44,404 nucleotides of DNA, taken from positions 1 to 44,404 of the forward strand of contig WFSD01000025.1 in NCBI GenBank assembly GCA_015486235.1, given 5' to 3'. Both the position numbers and the translations under genes were made by a program. Positions 1 through 8,071 of this stretch are shown here, piece by piece. Under the pieces are notes generated by a model, which was not told where the DNA came from, did no database searches, and was given only the letters and a program-made list of their open reading frames with translations. Each line of letters opens with the position of its first letter. Position 1 is the first letter of the stretch. This DNA is from Anaerolineae bacterium (GTDB lineage: Bacteria > Chloroflexota > Anaerolineae > S016-19).

Positions 1-2
1 TG

Positions 3-1745
3 GCCGGATACGATTTCGTGGATGACGATTCTGACCCGGACGATGCCAACGGGCATGGAACACACGTGGCTGGCATAGCCGCCGCGGGCACCAACAACGG
101 TGTCGGAATAGCGGGAATATGCGGCAATTGCAGCGTGCTGCCAATACGTGTTTTGGATGCCAACGGCGTTGGGACATGGTCCCAGGTGGCTGACGGCATC
201 ATTTATGCTGCAGATCATGGAGCCAAAATCATCAATCTCAGCCTGACGGGCAAGTATCCCTCCAATGCGGTGGCCGATGCAGTGAACTATGCCTGGAACC
301 ACGGAGCTCTGATCGTGGCTGCGGCGGGCAATTCCGACTCATCCGAACCAGCGTATCCTGCCGCTTACGACAAAGTTATGGCGGTGGCGGCCTCCACCAC
401 GGATGACTCTAAGTGGGGGCTTTCCAACTATGGTGACTGGATTACCGTGGCGGCTCCCGGGGCTACGGTTTACAGCACCGTGCCTGGGGGCGGATACGAT
501 TTCAAGAGCGGCACTTCCATGGCTGCTCCTCATGTGTCTGGCCTTGCGGGGCTCATCTGGTCGGTGGACCCAAATTTGACGAACCAGGATGTATGGAACT
601 TGATTACCGGGCATGCTGATGACCTGGGCGACCCTGGCAAAGATGAGTACTTCGGGTGGGGAAGAATCGACGCTGCTGCCTCAGTCCGCGCAGCCGCTGC
701 AACCGCAGGAAGCACTTTGGAGGCAGTTGTCTGGTATGATAGGAATGGGGATGGCATCCAGCAGGCTGACGAGGAGCCCCTCCCAGGGGTCTCTGTCAGG
801 TTGCACTGGGCCGATGGAGATAGGGTGTACGAACCGGATGGCGACGATTACCTGGTGGCTGAAAACACCACGGACAGTACGGGAACCTATAGCTTCCACG
901 GATTGGAGCCCGGACATGGATACTGGGTGGAAGTAGATCAGTCCACGTTGCCAAAGGGGCTGGCTGCTACACCAAAACTGTTGTTCGCTCCGGGGAACAC
1001 GCAGGTGCAGGCACCGTTGGGCATTGGTTATCCGGCGGGACAGGCCTCAATGGCGTCTCCTTCATCAACGTCTGAGGCCGCGGCATCGGTGTCGGTGACC
1101 GAGCAAGTCACGTTGGTTGGCAAGGTATGGAACGATCTCGACGGGGATGGGGTTGTGGATCCCGGCGAGCCGGGCATGTCTGGGCGCACAGTGAAGATAT
1201 TTTCTTCAGATGGGTCTCAGGTGACGCAGGCGGTTACCGATGACAACGGGGATTTCACCGTGTCGGACCTGGCTGCCGGTACCTACACCATCTCCGCGGA
1301 TATTCCTGAGGGGTATGCCAGCACAACTTCGACGAGTGAAACGGTTTCTGTCGCCCCCGGTGCCACTAAATCGGACATAAACTTTGGTGTCGTTGCTCCT
1401 ACTGCGGTACAGGTAAGTTCTTTCGCCGTCAACCCCGAAGGCGGCGCAGTGCGTGTTGCATGGAGCACCACATTGGAAGAGGGTGTGACGTCGTTCGTCG
1501 TCCAGAGAGGGTTGAAGAGCAAAGGCCCATGGACCTCGGTAGGTGAAGTCCAAAGTGCCGGAGTAGGTGGGCAGGGGGCTGATTATGAATTCACTGACAC
1601 CGGTGTGAGGTCTGGCATGGTGTACTGGTATCGTGTCCAGGCTCAGCCATCGGGAGAAGCTGTGGGCCCTGTTTCCGTGAGCGTACCGATTGGCGGCAGT
1701 AGCAATGTCTTGCTCTTCGTGCCTGCCGTCATGGCATCCCGGTGA
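3..1745 (+). CDS. Subtilisin-like (S8) serine peptidase, 5'-truncated by the window edge, with SdrD/Cna-B-type repeats in the C-terminal half
   Basis: The reading frame is open to the window start. It has the His motif HGTHVAG and the Ser motif GTSMAAPHVSG. Two repeats of the type NGDG/DGDG...TDxxGxY...G.Y follow, then a hydrophobic C-terminal tail. Confidence 0.85.
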   Translation, partial: AGYDFVDDDSDPDDANGHGTHVAGIAAAGTNNGVGIAGICGNCSVLPIRVLDANGVGTWSQVADGIIYAADHGAKIINLSLTGKYPSNAVADAVNYAWNHGALIVAAAGNSDSSEPAYPAAYDKVMAVAASTTDDSKWGLSNYGDWITVAAPGATVYSTVPGGGYDFKSGTSMAAPHVSGLAGLIWSVDPNLTNQDVWNLITGHADDLGDPGKDEYFGWGRIDAAASVRAAAATAGSTLEAVVWYDRNGDGIQQADEEPLPGVSVRLHWADGDRVYEPDGDDYLVAENTTDSTGTYSFHGLEPGHGYWVEVDQSTLPKGLAATPKLLFAPGNTQVQAPLGIGYPAGQASMASPSSTSEAAASVSVTEQVTLVGKVWNDLDGDGVVDPGEPGMSGRTVKIFSSDGSQVTQAVTDDNGDFTVSDLAAGTYTISADIPEGYASTTSTSETVSVAPGATKSDINFGVVAPTAVQVSSFAVNPEGGAVRVAWSTTLEEGVTSFVVQRGLKSKGPWTSVGEVQSAGVGGQGADYEFTDTGVRSGMVYWYRVQAQPSGEAVGPVSVSVPIGGSSNVLLFVPAVMASR

Positions 1746-1787
1746 CTCGCGCTATTTCGTATAGTCACCAGACCTGCCAGCCTTCCC

Positions 1788-1818
1788 GTCGCTAGCCGGC
1801 TGGACGACGGCTAGCGAC
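1788..1818. terminator. Perfect 11-bp stem-loop between convergent genes (peptidase and wtpC); possible bidirectional terminator without a U-tract
   Basis: GTCGCTAGCCG-(9 nt)-CGGCTAGCGAC read directly. It lies in the 79-nt gap between two convergent stop codons. Confidence 0.5.
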
Positions 1819-1824
1819 CCCTCC

Positions 1825-2901
1825 TCAAAACAAATGCACTGCCGATGCTTTGAAGGTCATGTACACCCGCTCTCCCACGTGAAGATTCAGGTCTTCCCAT
1901 GAGCGGCGGGTTATCAGCACTTCGAACTCCGGCGGCACGTCCACAGTGACCCTTAGCACCCTGCCGTTGTCCACCACTCCTGCCAGTCGTCCTCGGAAGC
2001 AATTCCTGGCGCTGGACTCGAATGGGGTGGGGGATAGAAGGATGTCCTCCGGGCGCACCATAAGCGAGACAGTGCCCTTTGCATCTGTGGGAACGGCTAT
2101 ACGCATCTCTGGTAGTACTTTGATGTAACTATATCCATTTTCCTGAACTGCCGTCCCGCGGAAGAGGTTCCGCCCGCTGACGAACCGTGCCACAAATTCG
2201 GAGCTGGGCTTGCGGAATATCTCTTCTGGGGTACCGACTTGCACTATTTTGCCTTTACGACTGTCGCCATCAGCGCACATTTTCAGCACCGCCACTCTTT
2301 CCCCCAATGCAAACGCTTCCTCAAAGTCATGGGTCACGTGGATGGTGGTTGTGCCGATGTGATGGTGCAGGCGTTTCAGCTCCTGTTGGAGCGATTCTCG
2401 TGTGCCTGGGTCCAGGGCGCTAAGGGGTTCGTCCAAGAGAAGCAAATCCGGTTCAGTGATTAATGCCCTTGCCAGCGCTACCCGTTGTGCTTCGCCCCCG
2501 CTCAACGTGCCTGGCCAGCGGTCCAGCAAATGCTCTATTCCCAGGAGATTGCACATCCTCTCGACTTTCTTTTCGGCCTCTTTCTTGGCTACCCTCCGCA
2601 ACTGCAACCCGAAAGCGATGTTGTTCCTGACCGTAATGTGGGGGAAAAGAGCATAGTCCTGGTAGACGAACCCGACTTTCCTTCGCTCTGGTGAGAGATG
2701 TGTCACGTCGGAACCGTGGATCAAAACCTTTCCGGCGGTCGGCCTCCGCAGGCCTGCAATGGTTTCTAGCAGCACAGTTTTGCCCGCGCCAGTGGGACCG
2801 AGAACTATGAAATACTCCCCTCGAGCGACTGAGAGGGTTGCCTTTTCCAGAGAGAACCCCCCTGCTGTGATCTGCAAACCCTCGATCCGTAGCCCGTCCA
2901 T
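1825..2901 (-). CDS. wtpC: ABC transporter ATP-binding protein, molybdate/tungstate type with a C-terminal TOBE-like domain
   Basis: Walker A GPTGAGKT, signature LSGGEAQRV, Walker B LLLLDEP. The start is taken at MDGLRIEGL, whose ATG overlaps the wtpB stop (TGATG). The longer 437-aa ORF would overlap wtpB. The symbol is assigned from context with wtpA. Confidence 0.8.
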   Translation of the reverse strand: MDGLRIEGLQITAGGFSLEKATLSVARGEYFIVLGPTGAGKTVLLETIAGLRRPTAGKVLIHGSDVTHLSPERRKVGFVYQDYALFPHITVRNNIAFGLQLRRVAKKEAEKKVERMCNLLGIEHLLDRWPGTLSGGEAQRVALARALITEPDLLLLDEPLSALDPGTRESLQQELKRLHHHIGTTTIHVTHDFEEAFALGERVAVLKMCADGDSRKGKIVQVGTPEEIFRKPSSEFVARFVSGRNLFRGTAVQENGYSYIKVLPEMRIAVPTDAKGTVSLMVRPEDILLSPTPFESSARNCFRGRLAGVVDNGRVLRVTVDVPPEFEVLITRRSWEDLNLHVGERVYMTFKASAVHLF

Positions 2902-3707
2902 CACCTCGACCTCCGATTCGTCTGCCCGGGGAGCATTCTGAGCAAGGTGAACGCCGCAAGCCCGATCAGGATCATCAGGGCAGCTACTGGTCTGGCATAC
3001 TGCAGTCCAAAAGACTCGAAGCGTTCGTAAATCAGCACAGGAGCTATCATGGGATGGTATGCCAGGATGACGACTGCCCCAAATTCGCTGATCCCCCTCG
3101 CCCACATCAGGATGACGCCAGAGAGGATGCTCCGCCAAGCCAGCGGCAGCGATATGCGCCAGAATGTCTGCCAGGGTGACGCGCCCAGGGTACGGGCGAC
3201 TTTCTCCAGCCTGGGATCCACACCTTCAAAGCCGTCCTTGGCAGCGTCCACCAGAAACGAGAGGCTCACGAAAAGCATTGCTATCACGATACCTGGCGTT
3301 GCCGAGACGAAACGTACTCCGAACACGCTAAAGAGTTTCCCCACGGGTGCTTGCCGTCCGAACACTGTCAACAAAGCTATGCCTGCTGCAGAGTGAGGGA
3401 CTACGATCGGCACGTCTATGATCCCCTCGATCACTCGTTTTCCTGGAAAGTCCGTTCTGGCGAGGGTGTACGCCAGCGGGACTCCGGATACCAGGGCTAT
3501 GACCGTGGCAATCAGCGATGCGTAGAAAGTGAGCACTACGGCGGATCTCACTTCTCCGTCTTCGATAGTATCCCGGAAAGCAAGCGGAGGGTTGGTTACG
3601 ACTGTCTTCGTCAGCGGCCATACGATGAAAAGCAGTAATAGTCCTCCGAGGAGCAGGAAGAGTGCTCTTGTTTTGTTTTCACGGACTGTCCCTGGTAGCT
3701 TGTACAT
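2901..3707 (-). CDS. wtpB: ABC transporter permease, molybdate/tungstate family
   Basis: 268-aa polytopic membrane protein with a BPD-transporter-like core (ARTLGASPWQTFWRISLPL). It is translationally coupled to the downstream ATPase. Confidence 0.8.
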   Translation of the reverse strand: MYKLPGTVRENKTRALFLLLGGLLLLFIVWPLTKTVVTNPPLAFRDTIEDGEVRSAVVLTFYASLIATVIALVSGVPLAYTLARTDFPGKRVIEGIIDVPIVVPHSAAGIALLTVFGRQAPVGKLFSVFGVRFVSATPGIVIAMLFVSLSFLVDAAKDGFEGVDPRLEKVARTLGASPWQTFWRISLPLAWRSILSGVILMWARGISEFGAVVILAYHPMIAPVLIYERFESFGLQYARPVAALMILIGLAAFTLLRMLPGQTNRRSR

Positions 3708-3920
3708 GCTTGCGAATTTGTCCTTCCATGGGAGACGAGATTGGTCGCCGTGAGTTCATGCTTGCTGCATAACGAATGAAGATGGCCCGCCAATCGAGCC
3801 GACAGCAGTCGGCAGGTACTGGATTGTCACTCGCTATGGACAGCGATATCGTGCTCGACGTCCCCTGTGAAAATAGACAATTTCTGCCGGCTTGCGTTCC
3901 ACCGGTAGGAGCGCACTTAA

Positions 3921-3951
3921 GCGTAGAGCAGGCCGCAGGCCTGCTCTACGC
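3921..3951. other. Perfect 14-bp stem / 3-nt loop hairpin inside the long wtpB leader
   Basis: GCGTAGAGCAGGCC-GCA-GGCCTGCTCTACGC read directly. There is no U-tract on either strand. Confidence 0.6.
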
Positions 3952-4064
3952 CCCAACATCTAGTAAGTGGAGAGCACTCCAGACCTACTAAAAGCGCTTT
4001 CGGTAGCCACCACGGTTAATGGGGTGCTACCGTTCCACCTTCTTGATTCGAAAATGGATGTTTT

Positions 4065-4094
4065 TATATATGATACCATACCTCGCCTTCCCAA
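4065..4094 (-). promoter_or_regulatory. Weak sigma70-like promoter candidate downstream of repeat copy A, facing wtpB
   Basis: On the minus strand: TTGGGA-18 nt-TATATA. It sits at the position equivalent to the stronger promoters that follow copies B, C and D. Confidence 0.3.
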
Positions 4095-4113
4095 ACCAGC
4101 TTTCAAAGCAATC

Positions 4114-4274
4114 GGGATTTCGAAGCAAATCGTGGGGGCCCTACGGGCCCCCACGATTACCTCATGGGCCCGTTGGGCATCCATCAACCCCAGTTGGCAA
4201 GCCGTGCCTTCTATCAGATGCGTCGAGAAAGCCCCAAAGATGGATCTTTGGCTTTCGATTTACTTTGAAAGCCC
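4114..4274 (-). repeat. Structured MITE-like repeat, copy A (inverted relative to copies B-D)
   Basis: 19-bp imperfect terminal inverted repeats (GGGATTTCGAAGCAAATCG ... CGATTTACTTTGAAAGCCC). Internal hairpin AATCGTGGGGGCCC-TAC-GGGCCCCCACGATT at 4128-4158. Conserved core CTTGCC..GGGGTTGATG on the minus strand. Flanked by GCAATC at 4108-4113 and 4275-4280. Confidence 0.8.
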
Positions 4275-4338
4275 GCAATCTCAATGCGGGAAAGTGGGAG
4301 AGGGGGAAAGCGCTTACCACCTCAATACTGCCACTTCG

Positions 4339-5166
4339 TCAGCGTTGTTGGGCACGCAGGAGGGTGGGGGGGGTGGCAGGTTCGATTCGCGTTGTGGAAT
4401 CTAATGGATTTGCATAGTACGGTGCGGAAGTAATTATCGTGTCCGCAAATCTGGCAAAATCCTGTATGTTGCATTCGCCCACGTTCCCTGCAACCGCAAT
4501 CTCTACTCTTGGATTCAAGGCTTTTAACTTTGGAACAATTTTTGCGAGTTTCTGGGGAGTGTGGTGATCCAGCAGAAGAACATCCGCTACTTTTGCAAAT
4601 CTGAAAGCTTCTTCCTCGTTTCTTGGCTCAATCTCGATCTTTCTCGTCGATTTGAGGTCCCTTAACTCATCCACGAATCTCAAATGGTTGGGCGTTATCA
4701 GAACCGAATCGCTCAAAGAGTTCCTGTGAACTCGACCGCCACCCGCAATTACTGCTTTGAGTTCAAACCTTCTCATTCCAGGGTGGGCCTTCCTGGTTGT
4801 CGCTATCATGACATTTGGATTTACAGATTTGGCAAGACTTGCGAGCTTGTTTGTTTCAGTTGCAATAGCGCATGTTATGGATAAAAAAGTCTGCGATACC
4901 CTCCAGGACTTGAAAAGTGTTTTTACTTCTCCTTTTACCTCAAATATCACATCCCCAGCTCTGAACCTCTCCCCGCTTTCTACGAATCTCAATACATCTA
5001 TACCCTTCTTTTTGTAAAGTCCTGCCAAGTCTTCGGTGCAGGCCGATATCCCGTCTGCCCTCGTTATTATTCTCAGTGCTCCCTCACCTTGTATCTTCAA
5101 AAGCTCGACAGTGTCATCTTCATATGGGCAATCTTCATGCAGATAAAGTTCGAACAGATCAAACAT
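4339..5166 (-). CDS. modD: ModD-like protein (NadC/quinolinate phosphoribosyltransferase fold)
   Basis: NadC-like core TRKAHPGMRRFELKAVIAGGGRVHRNSLSDSVLITPNH. It lies immediately downstream of modABC on the same strand. Confidence 0.7.
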   Translation of the reverse strand: MFDLFELYLHEDCPYEDDTVELLKIQGEGALRIITRADGISACTEDLAGLYKKKGIDVLRFVESGERFRAGDVIFEVKGEVKTLFKSWRVSQTFLSITCAIATETNKLASLAKSVNPNVMIATTRKAHPGMRRFELKAVIAGGGRVHRNSLSDSVLITPNHLRFVDELRDLKSTRKIEIEPRNEEEAFRFAKVADVLLLDHHTPQKLAKIVPKLKALNPRVEIAVAGNVGECNIQDFARFADTIITSAPYYANPLDSTTRIEPATPPTLLRAQQR

Positions 5167-5171
5167 TTTGT

Positions 5172-6230
5172 TTACCCCACTATCTTGAGGTTTACAGCTT
5201 TGAACGAGGCGAAAACATCCTGCCCGACCACCAAGCCCATAGAAGCTATTGAACTTGGAGTCACGACCGCCTTGAGCCTCAAGCCGTCACAGCTTAAGAT
5301 CAACCAAGCTAAATTGACGCCCCTTATGACATCCTCCAATTTGCAATGGATCACATTTTTGGCGGAGCTTGCCAGCAGTGTGTTCGAGATGATTATATCC
5401 TCGGGTCTAATGGATACCTTCACTTTCTCGTCCCTCTCAGCCCGGTCGGTAGAGTAAAACACATGTTCGCTCGTCCTAATAAGCGTCAAACCATTTTCCT
5501 CACGTGCAACAATTCCATCCAAAATATTTGTTCCAACAAAATCCGCCACGAAGTCGTTTGAAGGTCTGCTGAAAACCTCTTCTGGCCTTCCGGTCTGTAT
5601 AGACTTCCCATCTTTTATGACGACAACCTTGTTCGCCAGGCTAAAAACGTCGTCGAAGTCATGTGTTACATGCAAAACCGTCGTGTTGTATTCTTTGACG
5701 GCTTTTCTTACAAGTTTTCTTAGGTTTTCCCTCATCTTTACATCCAGGGCACTGAAGGGTTCATCCATAAGCAGTAGCTTCGGCTGGACGACTAAAGCCC
5801 TTGCGATAGCAACCCTTTGCTGTTCTCCGCCACTCAGCGTCGTGGGTTTTCTGTGCAGAAGGTGGGATATACCCAGTATTTCCGTAATCCTTTTTATTTC
5901 TTCCTCAATTACGCCATTGCTATTTTCTCTTTTCTTTAGTCCGTAAGCTATGTTTTCGAAGATGTTCATGTGTGGGAAGAGGGCAAGATCTTGATATACT
6001 ATGCTAACCCCTCGCATTTCTGGGGGAAGCTGAGTTATATCCTTGCCTTCAATTTTAATGCTTCCCTTGAGTGGTTTATAGAACCCCGCTATTGTTTCAA
6101 GCAATATGGATTTACCACTGCCGGTAGGTCCAATTATTGTGACATAATCGCTCTTGCTGACCTTCAGGCTTACATCGTTTAGCTTGAACTCCCCTAGATC
6201 AGCACTTAGGTTTTCGATTTCGAGGATCAC
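5172..6230 (-). CDS. modC: Molybdate/tungstate ABC transporter ATP-binding protein with a C-terminal TOBE-like domain
   Basis: Walker A GPTGSGKS, signature LSGGEQQRV, Walker B LLLMDEP. There is a 4-nt ATGA overlap with modB. Confidence 0.85.
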   Translation of the reverse strand: MILEIENLSADLGEFKLNDVSLKVSKSDYVTIIGPTGSGKSILLETIAGFYKPLKGSIKIEGKDITQLPPEMRGVSIVYQDLALFPHMNIFENIAYGLKKRENSNGVIEEEIKRITEILGISHLLHRKPTTLSGGEQQRVAIARALVVQPKLLLMDEPFSALDVKMRENLRKLVRKAVKEYNTTVLHVTHDFDDVFSLANKVVVIKDGKSIQTGRPEEVFSRPSNDFVADFVGTNILDGIVAREENGLTLIRTSEHVFYSTDRAERDEKVKVSIRPEDIIISNTLLASSAKNVIHCKLEDVIRGVNLAWLILSCDGLRLKAVVTPSSIASMGLVVGQDVFASFKAVNLKIVG

Positions 6231-7006
6231 AGCTTGCCACCCTCCACCTTTTCAAACACAAGAATGGCCAGGAACGAGATAACAATCAAGACGATGCCGC
6301 TTGTCATTGCCATGGCTATGTTTCCGTAAGATATGTTCAGATAAAGCGTGATCGGCAATGTCTCGGTGTTCATGTAAGAACCACCTGCAAGTACCAACAC
6401 GGCACCGAATGCACCCATGCATCTTGCAGACGTGATTATTGTAGATGCAAAAATTCCTCCTCTTGCTAGTGGAAGCGTTATGTTCTTGAAAGTTTCAAAT
6501 TCACCGTATCCTAAACTCCTCGATACTAACTCGAATCTTGGATTGACTGATTCGAATGTTGAGCAGAGTATCCTTGTCGCGTAAGGGAAGGCGGTGAAAA
6601 CCTGTGCAATCACCACGCCAAGCTTGGTGAAGACGATTTTAATGCCGATGAACTCCAGTGCTTTGCCCATGGGTGTCTGGCCAAATAGAATGAGTAGCGA
6701 GAGACCTAACACAAGTTCTGGGAATGCTATTGGCAGGTCCAGTACAGACTTGACGATGCTTTTTCCGGGAAAAGAGAATCTGGCAAGGGAATACCCGATG
6801 GGTATTCCCAAAGCCAGAACAATGGCGGTTGAGATGCCTGAAGTGAATAGCGAGAGCTTGATTGAGTATATCATCTCTTCGGTTCGAAGAGAGTTCAGGA
6901 TTTCTCTTGGATTCGGAACGAAGAAAAGCGATGCTATTGCTAAAAAGAGAATGAGGGTGAAGAAAAACGACGTGAGAATGCACAGAGTTCTAAACTTCAC
7001 TTGCAT
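6227..7006 (-). CDS. modB: Molybdate/tungstate ABC transporter permease
   Basis: 259-aa polytopic membrane protein with the permease motif SRSLGYGEFETFKNITLPL. It overlaps the modA stop by 10 nt. Confidence 0.8.
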   Translation of the reverse strand: MQVKFRTLCILTSFFFTLILFLAIASLFFVPNPREILNSLRTEEMIYSIKLSLFTSGISTAIVLALGIPIGYSLARFSFPGKSIVKSVLDLPIAFPELVLGLSLLILFGQTPMGKALEFIGIKIVFTKLGVVIAQVFTAFPYATRILCSTFESVNPRFELVSRSLGYGEFETFKNITLPLARGGIFASTIITSARCMGAFGAVLVLAGGSYMNTETLPITLYLNISYGNIAMAMTSGIVLIVISFLAILVFEKVEGGKL

Positions 7007-7836
7007 GGTTTAAACCCCCACTTCTCCCAGATTTTCACCCCTTTTTCATTCGTTATGTAATCGTTAAAAGCTTTTGCAATTTCAAAGTTACCGCTTTTCT
7101 TGGCACGGAGTGTTACAGCAGTGGGGATGGTTTTTATTGCATTTTGTTCCGGAGGGATTTGGACGACCTCAATTTTCCCCTTAGCTTGCGCCCAGGTTGT
7201 CATATCCTCCCAGATTGTTGTGCCATCGGCTTGTCCTGTTGCTATGTATATCAAGAGCTGGTTTACAGTAGGTGTGAACACGACAACATTCTTGCTAACA
7301 TTTTTCCATAGGCCATTCTTCTCGAATATCTTCTTGGAAACTTTGCCTATGGCGGCTGCCTTAGGGTCGCCGAGGACTACCCTGACGCCTGGTTTTGTCA
7401 GATCCTTTAGTGAGTGGATATTCGCAGGGTTCCCTTTTGGGACCGCTATGACGGGGACATGCAAAGTCACGTTTTTTACAGTATCGTTCACAATGTATCC
7501 CTTTGATATTGCATTCTTGGTGTAGTAGTAGGCACCGGGAACGAAGATATCGCAGCCTGTGGTGGTTAGGACTCCATATATTTCGGCACTTCCTCCATAA
7601 TGAACTTCTACTTTCGCCCCGGTTCCCCTTTCAAAGGTTTTTATTAATTCGTTCATGGGCTTCATCAGGCCGGCCCCAGAACAGACGACTATTGTCTTTC
7701 CAGAGAACTTTTCCTGGGGTTTTGCGATGTTGGAGTTCGAAAATGCGTGTATGCCTACCACCACCACAGAGCCAATTACCAGGACTGCCGCCAAAATGCG
7801 ATACCACTTTTTAATAAATGTTACCGTCTTTTCCAT
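6997..7836 (-). CDS. modA: ModA-family periplasmic molybdate/tungstate-binding protein
   Basis: The start is taken at MEKTVTF, preceded by GAAGGAGGAG. It has an N-terminal hydrophobic anchor and a ModA-like core (VVCSGAGLMKPMNELIKTFE...GGSAEIYG). Confidence 0.75.
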   Translation of the reverse strand: MEKTVTFIKKWYRILAAVLVIGSVVVVGIHAFSNSNIAKPQEKFSGKTIVVCSGAGLMKPMNELIKTFERGTGAKVEVHYGGSAEIYGVLTTTGCDIFVPGAYYYTKNAISKGYIVNDTVKNVTLHVPVIAVPKGNPANIHSLKDLTKPGVRVVLGDPKAAAIGKVSKKIFEKNGLWKNVSKNVVVFTPTVNQLLIYIATGQADGTTIWEDMTTWAQAKGKIEVVQIPPEQNAIKTIPTAVTLRAKKSGNFEIAKAFNDYITNEKGVKIWEKWGFKPCK

Positions 7837-8071
7837 TACTCCTCCTTCTTCGGGACAAAGGGATCTGATTGGCAAATCGGCCTGTTTGTCCAAAGTCTGA
7901 TTATCTCGCCAACCCGACAGTTGTACATTGACATCATAATCATCAATAGCGTGCCCTCTCCACACCCTTGCTAATGATAGAGGAAGGGAATAAGTGGTAG
8001 GGGCGATAGTTCGTTTCTCGCCCCGTTGGGGGTGGATAAAGGCACACAGTCAGCGCTTTAAGCGCTCCCCG

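Noticed and set aside
1825-3138. Long (437-aa) version of the wtpC ORF
   Set aside because: The N-terminal 79 codons overlap wtpB in another frame and have no ABC-ATPase similarity. The internal ATG at 2901 gives a canonical N-terminus and a TGATG coupling junction.
4379-4388. GGTTCGATTC, a tRNA T-loop-like string that could mark a tRNA gene or an island attachment site next to the low-GC mod cassette
   Set aside because: The flanking bases do not form a T-stem or an acceptor stem. The string lies inside the modD coding region. I found no cloverleaf anywhere in the window.
4019-4417. ORFs running through the repeat copies (also 3967-4404, 10398-10850, 34305-34589, 34151-34387, 41223-41429, 41349-41765). 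They share peptide strings such as SWGP(Y/V)G(P/S)PG and PRPRFASK.
   Set aside because: The shared peptides are simply translations of the conserved hairpin and element ends. There is no conserved start codon or RBS. The frame relationship between the conserved pieces differs between copies. Near-identical copies C and D differ by a 1-nt indel inside the element.
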